Assembly (NCBI GenBank): GCA_009928645.1
Contig: SACH01000001.1
Span: 56,239 to 120,238, forward strand
Source: Gammaproteobacteria bacterium
Lineage (GTDB): Bacteria > Pseudomonadota > Gammaproteobacteria > Chromatiales > Chromatiaceae
DNA: 64,000 nucleotides
Direction of reading: 5' to 3'
Shown here: positions 1-10,449 of the stretch, piece after piece
Numbering within the stretch: position 1 is the first letter of the stretch
Layout of the letters: every line of letters starts with the position of its first letter
Made by a program: the position numbers and the translations under genes
Notes under the pieces: generated by a model
What the model saw: the letters and a program-made list of their open reading frames with translations, nothing else
Told to the model about the DNA's origin: nothing
The model's database searches: none

Positions 1-1
1 G

Positions 2-1051
2 GGCCCGGTGGACATCATCGGCAACTGCGGCAACGGCATCCTGGTCAACCCCCTGGACCGGGAGGCCATGGCCGCCGCCATCCTCGCCCTGCTTCAGGAC
101 CCCAAGACCTACCGCCGCCTGCGCACCCAGGGCCTGGCCGGGGTGCGGCGGCATTATTCCTGGGAGGCCCACGCCGAGGCCTACCTGGCCGCCGTCCGGC
201 CCCTGCCCAAGCGCCATGTGTCCCTCCCCGTCGCCCCCAAGCGCGGCCAGCGTTATCGTGACCGTGCCCTTTTCACCGACCTGGATCAGAGCCTCCTTGG
301 CCACGAAGAGGGCCTGCGCCAATTCATCACCGTCCTCCAAGGCCACCGCAAGTGCGCCACCTTCGGCATCGCCACCGGGCGGCGCCTGGATTCGGCCCTC
401 CGGATCCTCAAACAGCACGGTATTCCGCGTCCGGACGTCCTCATCACCAGCCTGGGCACCGAGATCCATTATGCTCCGCAACTGGAGCCCGACCCCTTCT
501 GGCGTGAACACATCGCTCATCTCTGGCAACCGGTGGCGGTGCGCCGCGTCCTGTCCCGGTTGCCTGGCCTCAGTCCCCAGGCCAAGGGCGAGCAGACGCC
601 CTTCAAGATCTCCTATCACTACGATCCCACTCAGGCCCCCGGGATCGAGGAACTCGCCGCCCTGCTGCGCGGCCAGGAGCTGACAGTCAATCTGATCCAG
701 TCCTTTGGCCTCTTTCTCGACGTCATTCCGGTACGTGCCAGCAAGGGTCAGGCCTTGCGCTACGTAGCCCAGCGCTGGGGCATCCCCTTGGAGAAGATCC
801 TGGTGGCTGGCGGCTCCGGCGCCGACGAGGACATGCTGCGCGGCAACACCCTGGGCGTGGTGGTGGCCAACCGTCACGGCGAGGAGCTGTCGCAACTGGC
901 CGATCTGGAGGGCATCTATTTCGCCGACCAGCCCCAGGCCCTGGGTCTGCTCCAGGCCATCGATTATTACGATTTCTTCCAGCGCTGCAGCCTGCCGCCG
1001 GCCCCCGCCGAGAACCTCGCGGCACCCCTGGCGGAGAATCCGGTGCCATGA
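2..1051 (+). CDS. sps: sucrose-phosphate synthase, C-terminal part (glycosyltransferase C-lobe fused to an SPP-like HAD domain); 5' end lies outside the window
   Basis: The ORF runs off the left edge. A GT-B C-lobe-like stretch (GILVNPLDREAMAAAILALLQDP...YSWEAHAEAYL) is followed by an HAD-like domain (FTDLDQSLL ... VIPVRASKGQALRYV ... GGSGADEDML). It sits directly upstream of a stand-alone SPP, a fructokinase and an amylosucrase. Confidence 0.8.
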   Translation, partial: GPVDIIGNCGNGILVNPLDREAMAAAILALLQDPKTYRRLRTQGLAGVRRHYSWEAHAEAYLAAVRPLPKRHVSLPVAPKRGQRYRDRALFTDLDQSLLGHEEGLRQFITVLQGHRKCATFGIATGRRLDSALRILKQHGIPRPDVLITSLGTEIHYAPQLEPDPFWREHIAHLWQPVAVRRVLSRLPGLSPQAKGEQTPFKISYHYDPTQAPGIEELAALLRGQELTVNLIQSFGLFLDVIPVRASKGQALRYVAQRWGIPLEKILVAGGSGADEDMLRGNTLGVVVANRHGEELSQLADLEGIYFADQPQALGLLQAIDYYDFFQRCSLPPAPAENLAAPLAENPVP

Positions 1052-1917
1052 TCCCCACCCCTTCCGCCCTCAGCGGGACGCGGGCACCGTCCGCCCCCCT
1101 ACTTATCTGTACCGACCTGGACCGGACCCTGATCCCCAACGGTACGCCACCCGAGTCCCCCGGGGTGCGGGAGCGTTTCGCCGCCATGGTGAGCCAGCCA
1201 GGACTGCGGCTGGCCTATGTCACCGGCCGCCATCTGGAACTGGTGCAAGAGGCCATGGCAGCCTATGACTTGCCCCCGCCCGATGTCATCATCACCGACG
1301 TCGGCACCCGCATCCTCCTGAGGCGGGAGGAGGACTGGCAGGTCCTGGATGCCTGGACCGCGCGTCTGGCCCCCGACTGGGGTGAGTGGGGTCCGGCCGA
1401 TATCGCCACCCTCCTCGGGGACCTTGCAGGCCTGAATCCGCAAGAGGCGGAAAAGCAGGGGCCCTTCAAGCTCAGCTACTACCTGCCGCCGTCACTTGCG
1501 CCCGGCCCCCTCCTTGCCAGCATCCGGGGGCGTCTCCAGACCAGGGGGCTGCGCGTCAACCTGGTCCACAGCCTCGACGAACCGCGCCAGCTAGGCTTGC
1601 TGGACATTCTGCCCGTCAGCGCATCCAAACGGCATGCCATCGAGTTTCTGCTCGCCGAACTGGGGCTCGCCGGCGAAAATTGCGTTTTCGCCGGCGACAG
1701 TGGCAATGACCTCGAAGTCCTGGTCAGCCCGATTCCAGCGGTGCTGGTGGCCAACGCCGCCCCCGAGGTCCGCGCCCAGGCCCTGGCCATGAGCGCCCGG
1801 GCTGGCCAGGGCGACCGGCTCTACTGCGCCCGGGGGGGCTTCGGTGGCTGGAATGGCTGCTACGCGGCCGGCATCCTGGAGGGCATCGCCCATTACCACC
1901 CCGAGCTAGTGGTTTGA
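1048..1917 (+). CDS. spp: sucrose-6F-phosphate phosphohydrolase-like HAD-IIB phosphatase
   Basis: HAD motif I is LICTDLDRTLIP, with later motifs ILPVSASKRHAIEFL and AGDSGNDLEVL. The ATGA start/stop overlap with sps suggests translational coupling. Confidence 0.75.
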   Translation: MIPTPSALSGTRAPSAPLLICTDLDRTLIPNGTPPESPGVRERFAAMVSQPGLRLAYVTGRHLELVQEAMAAYDLPPPDVIITDVGTRILLRREEDWQVLDAWTARLAPDWGEWGPADIATLLGDLAGLNPQEAEKQGPFKLSYYLPPSLAPGPLLASIRGRLQTRGLRVNLVHSLDEPRQLGLLDILPVSASKRHAIEFLLAELGLAGENCVFAGDSGNDLEVLVSPIPAVLVANAAPEVRAQALAMSARAGQGDRLYCARGGFGGWNGCYAAGILEGIAHYHPELVV

Positions 1918-1927
1918 AAAAGGAGGA

Positions 1928-3034
1928 ATGACCTTGCATCACCCCCCCTGTTTCTTCGGCGAGATCCTGTTTGACGTCTTTCCCGATGGCCGTGAGGTCC
2001 TCGGCGGGGCGCCCTTCAACGTCGCCTGGCACCTCCAGGGCTTCGGGCTCAACCCCATCTTGATCAGCCGCGTCGGTGCCGATGTCGCCGGGGAACGCAT
2101 CCGCGCGGCGATGGCGGCCTGGGGCATGCGCCTCGACGGGCTGCAGACGGACCCGGTACACCCCACCGGCCGCGTGACCGTGAGCCTGCGGGACGGCGAG
2201 CCCAGCTTCGATATCGTCGCCGACAGTGCCTGGGACTTCATCGCCGCCGACGAATTGCCGGAGCTGACCCCCGCCATCGTCTACCACGGCAGCCTGGCCC
2301 TACGGAAGCCGGTCTCCGCCGCCGCCCTGGACGTGTTGCTGAGCCGCTGCGGTGCCGGCCCCACCCCCCCCCGCCCGGGCCCCACCGCCCCGTTACCCGG
2401 CGCGGTCGCCAACCCACCACCGGCGGATCGGCGGGCCGGGACCCGGGTCCGCCCCCTGCGCTTCGTCGACGTCAACCTGCGCCCACCCTGGTGGCACGCG
2501 GAGGAGGTACGGCGCCTGCTGGACGGGGCGGATTGGGCGAAGCTGAACCAGGACGAACTGGCCTGGCTCACCCCAGCCTCGGGCATGGACCCCGCCTTTA
2601 GCGCCGGACAGGGGGAGACCGCCAGCGCCAGAGAGGCGGACCCGCCGTCCGCGGCTCAACGCCCGGCCCCGCTCCGGGCCGCGGAACGGGCGACGATCGC
2701 CCGCGCCGCGGGGGCCTTGCGCGCTCGCCATGGCCTCACGGGGCTGGTGCTGACCCGCGGCGCCGCCGGGGCCCTGGGCCTGATGGCCAGCGGCGAGACC
2801 GCCCAGGTCAGCCCCAAACCCGCGCCCCTGGTCGACGCCGTTGGCGCCGGCGATGCCTTCACCGCCGTCATCCTCCTCGGCCTGCTGCGCGACTGGCCCC
2901 TATCCCTCACCCTCGACCGGGCCCAGACCTTCGCCTCGCGCATCGTCCAACTCCGCGGCGCCACGGCCCCGGACCGCGCCCTCTACCAGGACCTGTGCCT
3001 GGCGTGGGGGCTGGGCGGCGGCCGTCAAACCTGA
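1928..3034 (+). CDS. PfkB-family sugar kinase (fructokinase-like) carrying Pro/Ala-rich inserts
   Basis: The N-terminus FGEILFDVFPDGREVLGGAPFNVAWHLQGFG and the C-terminal VDAVGAGDAFTAV motif are typical of the PfkB/ribokinase family. The RBS AAAGGAGGA lies just before the ATG. The gene sits in the sucrose cluster. Confidence 0.75.
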   Translation: MTLHHPPCFFGEILFDVFPDGREVLGGAPFNVAWHLQGFGLNPILISRVGADVAGERIRAAMAAWGMRLDGLQTDPVHPTGRVTVSLRDGEPSFDIVADSAWDFIAADELPELTPAIVYHGSLALRKPVSAAALDVLLSRCGAGPTPPRPGPTAPLPGAVANPPPADRRAGTRVRPLRFVDVNLRPPWWHAEEVRRLLDGADWAKLNQDELAWLTPASGMDPAFSAGQGETASAREADPPSAAQRPAPLRAAERATIARAAGALRARHGLTGLVLTRGAAGALGLMASGETAQVSPKPAPLVDAVGAGDAFTAVILLGLLRDWPLSLTLDRAQTFASRIVQLRGATAPDRALYQDLCLAWGLGGGRQT

Positions 3035-3173
3035 TGGTTCCAATCGCGGATCTAGTCCAAGGCAGGCCGCTTTGTACCCGCCGCCAATTACGCCTGGGAT
3101 TTCCCGGACCAGGCGGTTGTCAACAGGGGGGCGCCCTCCGTTTGCGCCGCCTTGCCGTCAGGGGAATTAAACC

Positions 3174-5219
3174 ATGTACGAACAAGTTTCCCACGCTCAG
3201 CTCAACGACATCCTCGACCGGCTGGCTCCGGAGGTCTGCCGGGCGGATATCCGGCACTTCTATACCCGTCTGGGGGCCAACTTCTACGGCATCCACACCC
3301 TCTTCAACCACCTGTACGGCCAGCGGCCGGACGCGACGGGACGGCTGGGCGACTTGGTGGAACGGCTGGCGCGGGCCTACATCGACCGCCCTGAGGAACT
3401 CCGTTACCGGGATATGGCGCGGGAGGAGGAGCACAACTGGTTCCTCAGCCAGGAGCTGGTGGGCATGGCCCTGTACTGTGATGGCTTCGCCGGCGATCTC
3501 GCGGGTCTGGAGGCCCGCCTGCCCTATCTGAGCGAGCTGGGTATCAACCTCATTCATGTCATGCCCATCCTCGCCTGTCCCCCCGGTGCCAGCGATGGGG
3601 GTTATGCCGTCAGTGATTTTCGCGACATCGATCCCCGCGCCGGCACCCTGGAGGACCTCCGCCAGTTGGCGGCCAGCCTGCGCAAGCGCGACATGTTGCT
3701 GACCCTGGACGTGGTGGTCAACCATACCTCCGACCAGCACGAATGGGCCCAGCGTGCCCGCGCCGGGGACCAGGACTACCAGGCCTTCTACTACCTCTTC
3801 GATAACCGGGAAATACCGGACCTGTTCGAGGAGACCATGCCGGAGATCTTCCCGGAGACGGCGCCGGGCAATTTCACCTGGGACCCCACGCTGGGCAAGT
3901 GGGCCATGACCGTCTTCAACGACTATCAGTGGGACCTGAATTACACCAACCCCCGGGTACTGATCGAGATGGTCGACATCATCCTCTTCTGGGCCAACCA
4001 GGGGGCGGACGTCGTCCGCCTCGACGCCGTGGCCTTTCTGTGGAAGAAGATCGGTACCCAGTGCCAGAACGAACGCGAAGCCCACCTCATCCTGCAATTG
4101 ATGAAGGACTGCTGCCAGGTGGTCGCCCCCGGCGTCCTCTTCATCGCCGAGGCCATCGTCGCCCCCCTGGAGATCATCAAGTACTTCGGCGAGGACGCCA
4201 TCATGGCCAAGGAGTGCGAGATCGCCTATAACGCCAGCTTCATGGCCCTGCTCTGGGATGCCACCGCCACCAAGAACGCCAAGCTGCTCCGGCGCGGCAT
4301 CCAAAACCTCCCCGCCAAGCTCGACCGTGCCACCTGGCTCAACTACATCCGCTGCCACGATGACATTGGCCTGGGTTTCGACGACAACGATATCCGCGCC
4401 TCGGGCTACGAGCCCGGCCCCCACCGCCGCTTCCTGGTCGACTGGCTGACCGGCAACTTCGATGGCTCACCGGCCCGCGGCCGCCCCTTTGGCGTCAACC
4501 CCAAGACGGGTGACGCCCGCATCTCCGGGGCCCTGGCCTCCCTGGTAGGTCTGGAATCGGCCCTGGAGCGCCAGGACCCCACCGCCATCGACCGCGCCAT
4601 CGAGCAGATACTGCTCCTGCATGGCCTGATCCTGTCCTTTGGCGGCATCCCCCTGCTCTATTACGGTGACGAGATCGGCACCTTTAACGACTGTTCCTTC
4701 ATGCAGGATGCTGCCAAGGCCGGCGACAGCCGCTGGATCCACCGGCCGCGCATCGACTGGGAGCGCGCTGAGTGGCGCCGCGAGCGCGGCAGCATCGAGC
4801 AGCGCATCTTCGATGGCCTGAAGCGGATGATCGCGGTGCGCAAGACTATCCCGGCCTTCGCTGATTTCAACAACCGTGAATTACTGGAGCCGGAGGACCC
4901 GTGCCTCTTTGCCTTCCTGCGCACTCACCCGGCCCTGACCGCGGACGCCGTGCTGGTGGTCGCCAACCTGGGCCTGGAACCTGCCAGCCTGGATTTGCCC
5001 AAGCTGTGCAATCGTGGCTACTTCCAGTACGGGCAGGTGCGCGACCTCTATACTGGTTTGATCCCCGAGCTGTCGGCGGGCCAACTGATGATGCCCCCTA
5101 GCCGCTTTTACTGGCTGACCGACCAGCGACCGGGGTATTTCTCTGATCACCCCCGGCGAGGTTTCCGGCGCTCAGTCTCCGGCCACGGAGCGCAGTCAGC
5201 GGACGGCCAATGGATATAA
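3174..5219 (+). CDS. ams: amylosucrase / GH13 alpha-amylase-family sucrose-utilising glucosyltransferase
   Basis: 681 aa. GH13 catalytic motifs are visible (DVVVNHTS, GADVVRLDAVAFLWK, IAEAIV, YIRCHDDIG). The amylosucrase-type N-terminus reads RLGANFYGIHTLFNHLYG. Confidence 0.8.
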   Translation: MYEQVSHAQLNDILDRLAPEVCRADIRHFYTRLGANFYGIHTLFNHLYGQRPDATGRLGDLVERLARAYIDRPEELRYRDMAREEEHNWFLSQELVGMALYCDGFAGDLAGLEARLPYLSELGINLIHVMPILACPPGASDGGYAVSDFRDIDPRAGTLEDLRQLAASLRKRDMLLTLDVVVNHTSDQHEWAQRARAGDQDYQAFYYLFDNREIPDLFEETMPEIFPETAPGNFTWDPTLGKWAMTVFNDYQWDLNYTNPRVLIEMVDIILFWANQGADVVRLDAVAFLWKKIGTQCQNEREAHLILQLMKDCCQVVAPGVLFIAEAIVAPLEIIKYFGEDAIMAKECEIAYNASFMALLWDATATKNAKLLRRGIQNLPAKLDRATWLNYIRCHDDIGLGFDDNDIRASGYEPGPHRRFLVDWLTGNFDGSPARGRPFGVNPKTGDARISGALASLVGLESALERQDPTAIDRAIEQILLLHGLILSFGGIPLLYYGDEIGTFNDCSFMQDAAKAGDSRWIHRPRIDWERAEWRRERGSIEQRIFDGLKRMIAVRKTIPAFADFNNRELLEPEDPCLFAFLRTHPALTADAVLVVANLGLEPASLDLPKLCNRGYFQYGQVRDLYTGLIPELSAGQLMMPPSRFYWLTDQRPGYFSDHPRRGFRRSVSGHGAQSADGQWI

Positions 5220-5346
5220 AAAATATTTATATAACAAATAACTTGAGTTTCCGGCGCGAAGCGGGTGGCTCGCGTTTCACCCGATCCTGAATAGCCAAAG
5301 CTGAGTTTTGACCTCTCAAATAACGCTGAACAGTAAGGAGTCCGAC

Positions 5347-8088
5347 ATGCCCAAGCCCTGGTATGGCGCCGATGTCGATGAGGTCCTCGCCGCCCTGGCC
5401 AGTTCCCGTGACCGGGGCCTGTCCCCGGCGGAGGTCGAGGAGCGTCGCGCCCGTTACGGCTGGAACGAGATTGCCTTCCGCAAGACGCCGGCCTGGGTGC
5501 GTTTTCTGCGCCAGTTCAACGATGCCATGGTGATCATTCTGCTGATCACCGCCGCCATCACCGCCCTGCTCACGGTCCTGGGCAGCCACATGCTCCCGGA
5601 CACCCTGGTCATCCTCGGCGTGGTCCTGCTCAACGCCATCCTGGGTTTCGTGCAGGAGGGCAAGGCCGAGACGGCCCTGGAGGCCTTGCAGGGCATGATG
5701 GTGCCCGAGTGCATGGTGGTCCGCGACGGCGAGGTGCGGCGCTTGCCGTCCCGCGAACTGGTGCCGGGCGACATCCTGGTGCTGGAGGGGGGCGATAAGA
5801 TTCCCGCTGACCTGCGCTTCATCGACGCCAGCAGCCTCCATGTCGACGAGTCGTCCCTGACCGGTGAATCCGTGCCGGTACCCAAGACGATTCAGGCCCT
5901 GGCCGGCGAGAACCTGGTGCCCGGCGATCAGCGCAACATGGGCTTTTCCGGGACCTACCTGACCCAGGGCACCGCCCGCGGCCTGGTGGTCGCTATCGGC
6001 GGGGACACGGTCTTCGGCCAGATCGCGGCTCTGGTCAAGAGCGCCGACGCCGGCCTGACCCCGCTGCAGCGCAAGATGCGCGAATTCATCCAGACCCTCA
6101 TCAAGGCGATCCTGGTCGTGGGTGCCTTCAATTTCCTCTACGGGGTCTATCTGGGCTACGACCTGGGTTATAGCTTCCTGGGGGCGGTGTCCCTGGTGGT
6201 GGCGGCCATCCCGGAGATGCTTCCGGCCCTGGTGACCGCCATCCTCGCGGTCTCGGGGACCCTGATGGCCTCCCGCAAGGCCCTGATCCGCAAGCTGCCC
6301 GCCGCGGAGACCCTGGGCGCGACCTCGGTGATCTGCTCGGACAAGACCGGTACCCTCACCGAAAACCGCATGACGGTGACCCAGGTCCGGGTGGGCGGGG
6401 AGAACCTGGAGGTGGGTGGCGTCGGCTACGACGTCAGCGGGCATTTCCTCCAGGCCGGGGTGCGCCAGGACCCCGCCCACCGCCCCGGTCTGCGCCGCCT
6501 GCTGGAGATCGGCTGCGTCTGCAACAACGCCCACCTCAGCGACCAGGGCGGTGGCGTCGGCGATCCGACCGAACTCGCCCTGCTGGTCAGTGCCGCCAAG
6601 GCCGGGATCACCCACGAGGGCGCCCGCCGTCTGGAGGAGATCCCCTTCGATTCCACCACCAAGTACATGGTGGTCCTGGTCGATACCCCCGCGGGCCGCT
6701 TCGTCTTCGTCAAGGGCGCCCCCGAGGTGATCCTGACGATGTGCGCCGCGCAACTCGATGCCCTGGGGGAGGCGCGGCCTCTGGACGTTGACGACTGGCA
6801 GGCGGCGGCCCGGGCCTTTGCCCGCCAGGCCCTGCGCACCCTGGGCCTGGCCTTCGCCGCGGTGGCCCGGGACCGGGTCGACCTGCGCCATGAGGACCTG
6901 CGCGACCTGACCTTCGCCGGTCTCCAGGGCATGATCGATCCCCCCAAGCCGGCGGCGATCGAGGCCGTGGCCCGCTGCCGGGAGGCGGGCATCCGCACCG
7001 TTATGGTCACCGGCGACCACCCCGACACGGCCCAGGCGGTGGCCGCCCAGCTCGGCATCGCCGCCGAGCGGGTGGTGACCGGCGCCGAGCTGGCGGGGAT
7101 GGACCTGGCCGCCCTGCGCGCCGCGGTGGCGGACGTCTCGGTCTTCGCCCGGGTGGCCCCGGAGCACAAGCAACGAATCGCGGAGGCCTTCCAAGCCAAC
7201 GGCCAGGTGGTGGCCATGACCGGGGATGGGGTAAACGACGCCCCGGCCCTCAAGCAGGCCGATATCGGCGTCGCCATGGGGATCGCCGGTACCGAGGTGG
7301 CGCGGGAGGCGGCGGACATGGTCCTCGCCGACGACAACTTCGCCACCATCGTTAACGCGGTGGAGGAGGGTCGCCACGCCTGGACCAACCTGCAGAAGGC
7401 GATCCTCTACACCCTGCCGACCAATGCCGCCCAGGCCCTGCTGATCATGGGCGCCATCCTGCTGGCGGCCCTGGTACCGGTGTTCGCGGCGCGCTTCGTC
7501 CTTGAGCCGGTGCAAATCCTCTGGATCAATCTCATTGACTCGGTGCTGCTGACCCTGCCGCTGATGATGGAGCCCAAGGAACCCGGGCTGCTCACCCGCC
7601 CGCCACGGGATCCGAAGGTACGGATCATCGATCCCCTTTTCCTCCAGCGGGTGGCACTGATGGGGTTGGTGATCGCGGTCCCGAGCTTTCTGGTCTATTA
7701 CCATTTCGGTACCCCGGCAGTGGTGGCGGGGGAACTGGTGGCCCCCCTCCTGCTGACCCAGGCCCAGACGGCGGCCTTCTGGGTCATCCTCATCACCCAG
7801 GTCAGCTACGTCATTTCCGCCAGGTCCATCCACGACTCGGCCTTCAGCCTCGATCCCCTGGGCAATCGCTGGCTGCTGGGGGGCATCGTCCTCAGCGTCC
7901 TCCTGCATGCCCTGGTCACCTATGTCCCGTCCCTGGCGGCGGCCTTCCGGCTGGCGCCCTTCCCGGCCGACTGGTGGCCCTGGATCCTGGCGACCTTCCT
8001 CCCGGCCTTCCTCGCCATCGAGGCGGACAAGGCCTTGCGCAAGGCCTGGCCGGGTCGATCATCTCCCGACAGGGGCCGGGGCCGCTGA
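5347..8088 (+). CDS. P-type (E1-E2, P2-like) cation-transporting ATPase
   Basis: Phosphorylation motif [14 protein letters not shown], hinge motif [26 protein letters not shown] actuator motif and about 10 hydrophobic segments. I chose the ATG at 5347 because AAGGAG lies 6 nt upstream; the ORF opens earlier at 5308. Confidence 0.9.
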   Translation: MPKPWYGADVDEVLAALASSRDRGLSPAEVEERRARYGWNEIAFRKTPAWVRFLRQFNDAMVIILLITAAITALLTVLGSHMLPDTLVILGVVLLNAILGFVQEGKAETALEALQGMMVPECMVVRDGEVRRLPSRELVPGDILVLEGGDKIPADLRFIDASSLHVDESSLTGESVPVPKTIQALAGENLVPGDQRNMGFSGTYLTQGTARGLVVAIGGDTVFGQIAALVKSADAGLTPLQRKMREFIQTLIKAILVVGAFNFLYGVYLGYDLGYSFLGAVSLVVAAIPEMLPALVTAILAVSGTLMASRKALIRKLPAAETLGATSVICSDKTGTLTENRMTVTQVRVGGENLEVGGVGYDVSGHFLQAGVRQDPAHRPGLRRLLEIGCVCNNAHLSDQGGGVGDPTELALLVSAAKAGITHEGARRLEEIPFDSTTKYMVVLVDTPAGRFVFVKGAPEVILTMCAAQLDALGEARPLDVDDWQAAARAFARQALRTLGLAFAAVARDRVDLRHEDLRDLTFAGLQGMIDPPKPAAIEAVARCREAGIRTVMVTGDHPDTAQAVAAQLGIAAERVVTGAELAGMDLAALRAAVADVSVFARVAPEHKQRIAEAFQANGQVVAMTGDGVNDAPALKQADIGVAMGIAGTEVAREAADMVLADDNFATIVNAVEEGRHAWTNLQKAILYTLPTNAAQALLIMGAILLAALVPVFAARFVLEPVQILWINLIDSVLLTLPLMMEPKEPGLLTRPPRDPKVRIIDPLFLQRVALMGLVIAVPSFLVYYHFGTPAVVAGELVAPLLLTQAQTAAFWVILITQVSYVISARSIHDSAFSLDPLGNRWLLGGIVLSVLLHALVTYVPSLAAAFRLAPFPADWWPWILATFLPAFLAIEADKALRKAWPGRSSPDRGRGR

Positions 8089-8166
8089 GGTGAGGGTCCC
8101 CCGTCCCCCCCGCCCCGGGCTGTCTCGGAACCACTGCGCTGCGGGCGCGCCACGGAGAACCGGCTG

Positions 8167-10449
8167 ATGCGAATGGCATGGCGATTTCTGCTCCCCCTGG
8201 GCCTGGTGCTGGGGCTAGTGGCCTGGGGGACCAGCCCCCTGCTGGGCAATCTGATCGACCGGTGGCTGCGCAATGACGTGGAGTTGCGCTCCCAGCTCGT
8301 CTTTTACTCCGTCCAGGATACGGTGATCCGCTTGGCCAAGGAGCCGCTGGGCTTGCGGCTGGACACCCTGTTCGAGCGGCTGACCCGTGACGAGCGCCTG
8401 CTGGCGGTGGGCCTCTGCGCTCCGGACGGGCGGCTGCTGAACCATACCCCGACCTGGCCCCTGGTACTTGGCTGCCCCGCTTCCCCCCCGCCACCTGCCC
8501 CCGCGGCCAGCCTTCCGGTACCCGCCTATGAGATCGAATATCTCGGTGACGGCAGCCTCCTGATCGCCAGCTTTCCCCTGGTGGAGGAGGGCAAGGACCT
8601 GGGGCGTCTGGTCATCCTCCATGACCTGAGCTACATCGAGCGCCGCAGCACGGACCTGGAGCGCTACCTGATGCTCTTCCTGGGGCTCCTCGGGGTGCTG
8701 GTGGCGACCCTGACGGCGGTCGTCGCCCGCCTGACCCTCAAGGGCTGGGTGCGGCAGGTGCGTCAGAGCCTGGCCTCCGCCGCGGCGGGGACGGCGCCGG
8801 AGCGCTCCTCGGACCCCGAGATCACCGCCCTGGTGCGGGAGGCCCGGGAGGCCCTGCGGGATCTGGAACTCCCCCGGGGACTGGCGGATGCCATCCGCGT
8901 GGACTGGACGCCAGAGAGCCTGCGGCGCCTGCTGCGGACGGAGCTGCCGGAGGCGCAGGTGATCGTCGTTTCCAACCGCGAGCCCTATATCCATGTCCGC
9001 GGGGCGGACGGCCAGGTCCATGTCCAGCACCCGGCCAGCGGCCTGGTGACGGCCCTGGAACCGATCGTGCGCGCCTGCGGCGGGACCTGGATCGCCCACG
9101 GTAGTGGCGATGCCGACGCGGCCATGGTCGATGGCCAGGATCATGTCCGGGTGCCACCGGAGGACCCCAGCTATGAGCTGCGGCGCCTCTGGCTCTCCGA
9201 CGCCGAGCAGGACGGCTACTACTACGGCTTCGCCAACGAGGGGCTCTGGCCCCTGTGCCATATCGTCTTCGTCCGCCCGACCTTCCGTGCCGAAGACTGG
9301 GCGCAGTATGAGGCAGTCAACCGCAAGTTTGCCGCGGCGGTGGTGGCGGAGGCACGCATCCCCAATCCGGTGGTGCTGGTGCAGGACTATCACTTCGCCC
9401 TGCTGCCGCGACTGATACGGGAGCGCTTGCCGGAGGCGACCATCATCACCTTCTGGCACATCCCCTGGCCCAACCCGGAGGTCTTCGGCATCTGTCCCTG
9501 GCGGGAGGAGATCCTGCGTGGGCTGCTGGGCAGCACCATCCTCGGTTTTCATACCCAGTTCCACTGTCTGAACTTCCTCGACTCGGTGGACCGCTTTCTG
9601 GAGTGCCGCATCGACCGCGAGCACAGCACCGCCACTACCGGCGGGCAGGTCACCCTGGTCAAGCCCTACCCCATCTCCATCGCCTGGCCGCCGGCGGCCC
9701 TCGCCGGTCAGGCGCCCGTGGCCGAGTGTCGCGCCCAGGTGCGGGCAGCCCATGGGCTGGCCCCGGACAGCCTCCTGGCGGTGGGGGTGGAGCGGTTCGA
9801 TTACACCAAGGGCATCGCCGATCGCTTCCGGGCGGTGGAGTGTCTGCTGGACCGCCATCCGGAGTGGCGTGGGCGTTTTAGCCTGCTGCAGATCGCTGCC
9901 CCCAGCCGCAGCCGCCTACCCAGCTATCGCCACACCCAGGAAGAGGCCCTGGCCCTGGCCGCGGCGATCAACCAGCGCTTCGGGGATGAGGGCTGGCGGC
10001 CGATCCTGCTGGTGCCGCGTCACCACGAGCCGGAGGAAGTCTTCACCCTGTTCCGGGCCGCGGATATCTGCCTGGTCTCCAGTCTCCACGATGGCATGAA
10101 CCTGGTGGCCAAGGAGTTCGTCGCCGCCCGGGACGACGAGGACGGGGTCCTGGTGTTGAGCGCCTTCGCCGGGGTCTCCCGGGAGTTGCAGGAGGCATTG
10201 ATCGTCAACCCCTACGATAGTCAGGCCATGGCGGCGGCCATCCATCGCGGCCTGCGTCTGCCCCCGGAGCAGCGGCGGGAGCGGATGCGCCTGATGCGTG
10301 GCCTGGTGAGCGAACACAATGTCTATTTCTGGGCGGCGCGCATGCTGTTGACGGCGGCCCGCCTGCGCAAGCGGGCGCGCATCCAGGCCCAGATCGACGC
10401 GGTGACCCGCCCCTTCCCGCGGGACCGCCGGCGGGAGGCCCGCCGGTGA
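8167..10449 (+). CDS. otsA: trehalose-6-phosphate synthase (GT20) with a ~260-aa N-terminal two-TM sensor-like extension
   Basis: The C-terminal ~490 aa are GT20-like (VVSNREPY...GLWPLCH...VQDYHF...WHIPWP...ERFDYTKGI...[13 protein letters not shown]). The N-terminus has two hydrophobic helices ([14 protein letters not shown] and [19 protein letters not shown]) flanking ~140 aa. Confidence 0.85.
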   Translation: MRMAWRFLLPLGLVLGLVAWGTSPLLGNLIDRWLRNDVELRSQLVFYSVQDTVIRLAKEPLGLRLDTLFERLTRDERLLAVGLCAPDGRLLNHTPTWPLVLGCPASPPPPAPAASLPVPAYEIEYLGDGSLLIASFPLVEEGKDLGRLVILHDLSYIERRSTDLERYLMLFLGLLGVLVATLTAVVARLTLKGWVRQVRQSLASAAAGTAPERSSDPEITALVREAREALRDLELPRGLADAIRVDWTPESLRRLLRTELPEAQVIVVSNREPYIHVRGADGQVHVQHPASGLVTALEPIVRACGGTWIAHGSGDADAAMVDGQDHVRVPPEDPSYELRRLWLSDAEQDGYYYGFANEGLWPLCHIVFVRPTFRAEDWAQYEAVNRKFAAAVVAEARIPNPVVLVQDYHFALLPRLIRERLPEATIITFWHIPWPNPEVFGICPWREEILRGLLGSTILGFHTQFHCLNFLDSVDRFLECRIDREHSTATTGGQVTLVKPYPISIAWPPAALAGQAPVAECRAQVRAAHGLAPDSLLAVGVERFDYTKGIADRFRAVECLLDRHPEWRGRFSLLQIAAPSRSRLPSYRHTQEEALALAAAINQRFGDEGWRPILLVPRHHEPEEVFTLFRAADICLVSSLHDGMNLVAKEFVAARDDEDGVLVLSAFAGVSRELQEALIVNPYDSQAMAAAIHRGLRLPPEQRRERMRLMRGLVSEHNVYFWAARMLLTAARLRKRARIQAQIDAVTRPFPRDRRREARR

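Noticed and set aside
216-1187. Overlapping alternative-frame ORFs in the sps/spp region (216-683 plus strand, 723-1187 minus strand), and the many 60-160 aa ORFs of this kind throughout the window.
   Set aside because: They are embedded in frames of well-supported genes. Their composition is Pro/Arg/Ser/Ala-rich and they have no start context. This is typical off-frame noise in GC-rich DNA.
5227-7908. 893-aa ORF antisense to the P-type ATPase. Similar long antisense ORFs occur at 3120-4424, 8215-9858, 11578-12840, 22277-23929, 50957-52156 and 56532-58352.
   Set aside because: Each lies fully inside a confidently identified gene on the other strand. Their translations are Gly/Arg/His/Asp-rich with no recognisable motifs, as expected for stop-codon-poor antisense frames in GC-rich DNA.
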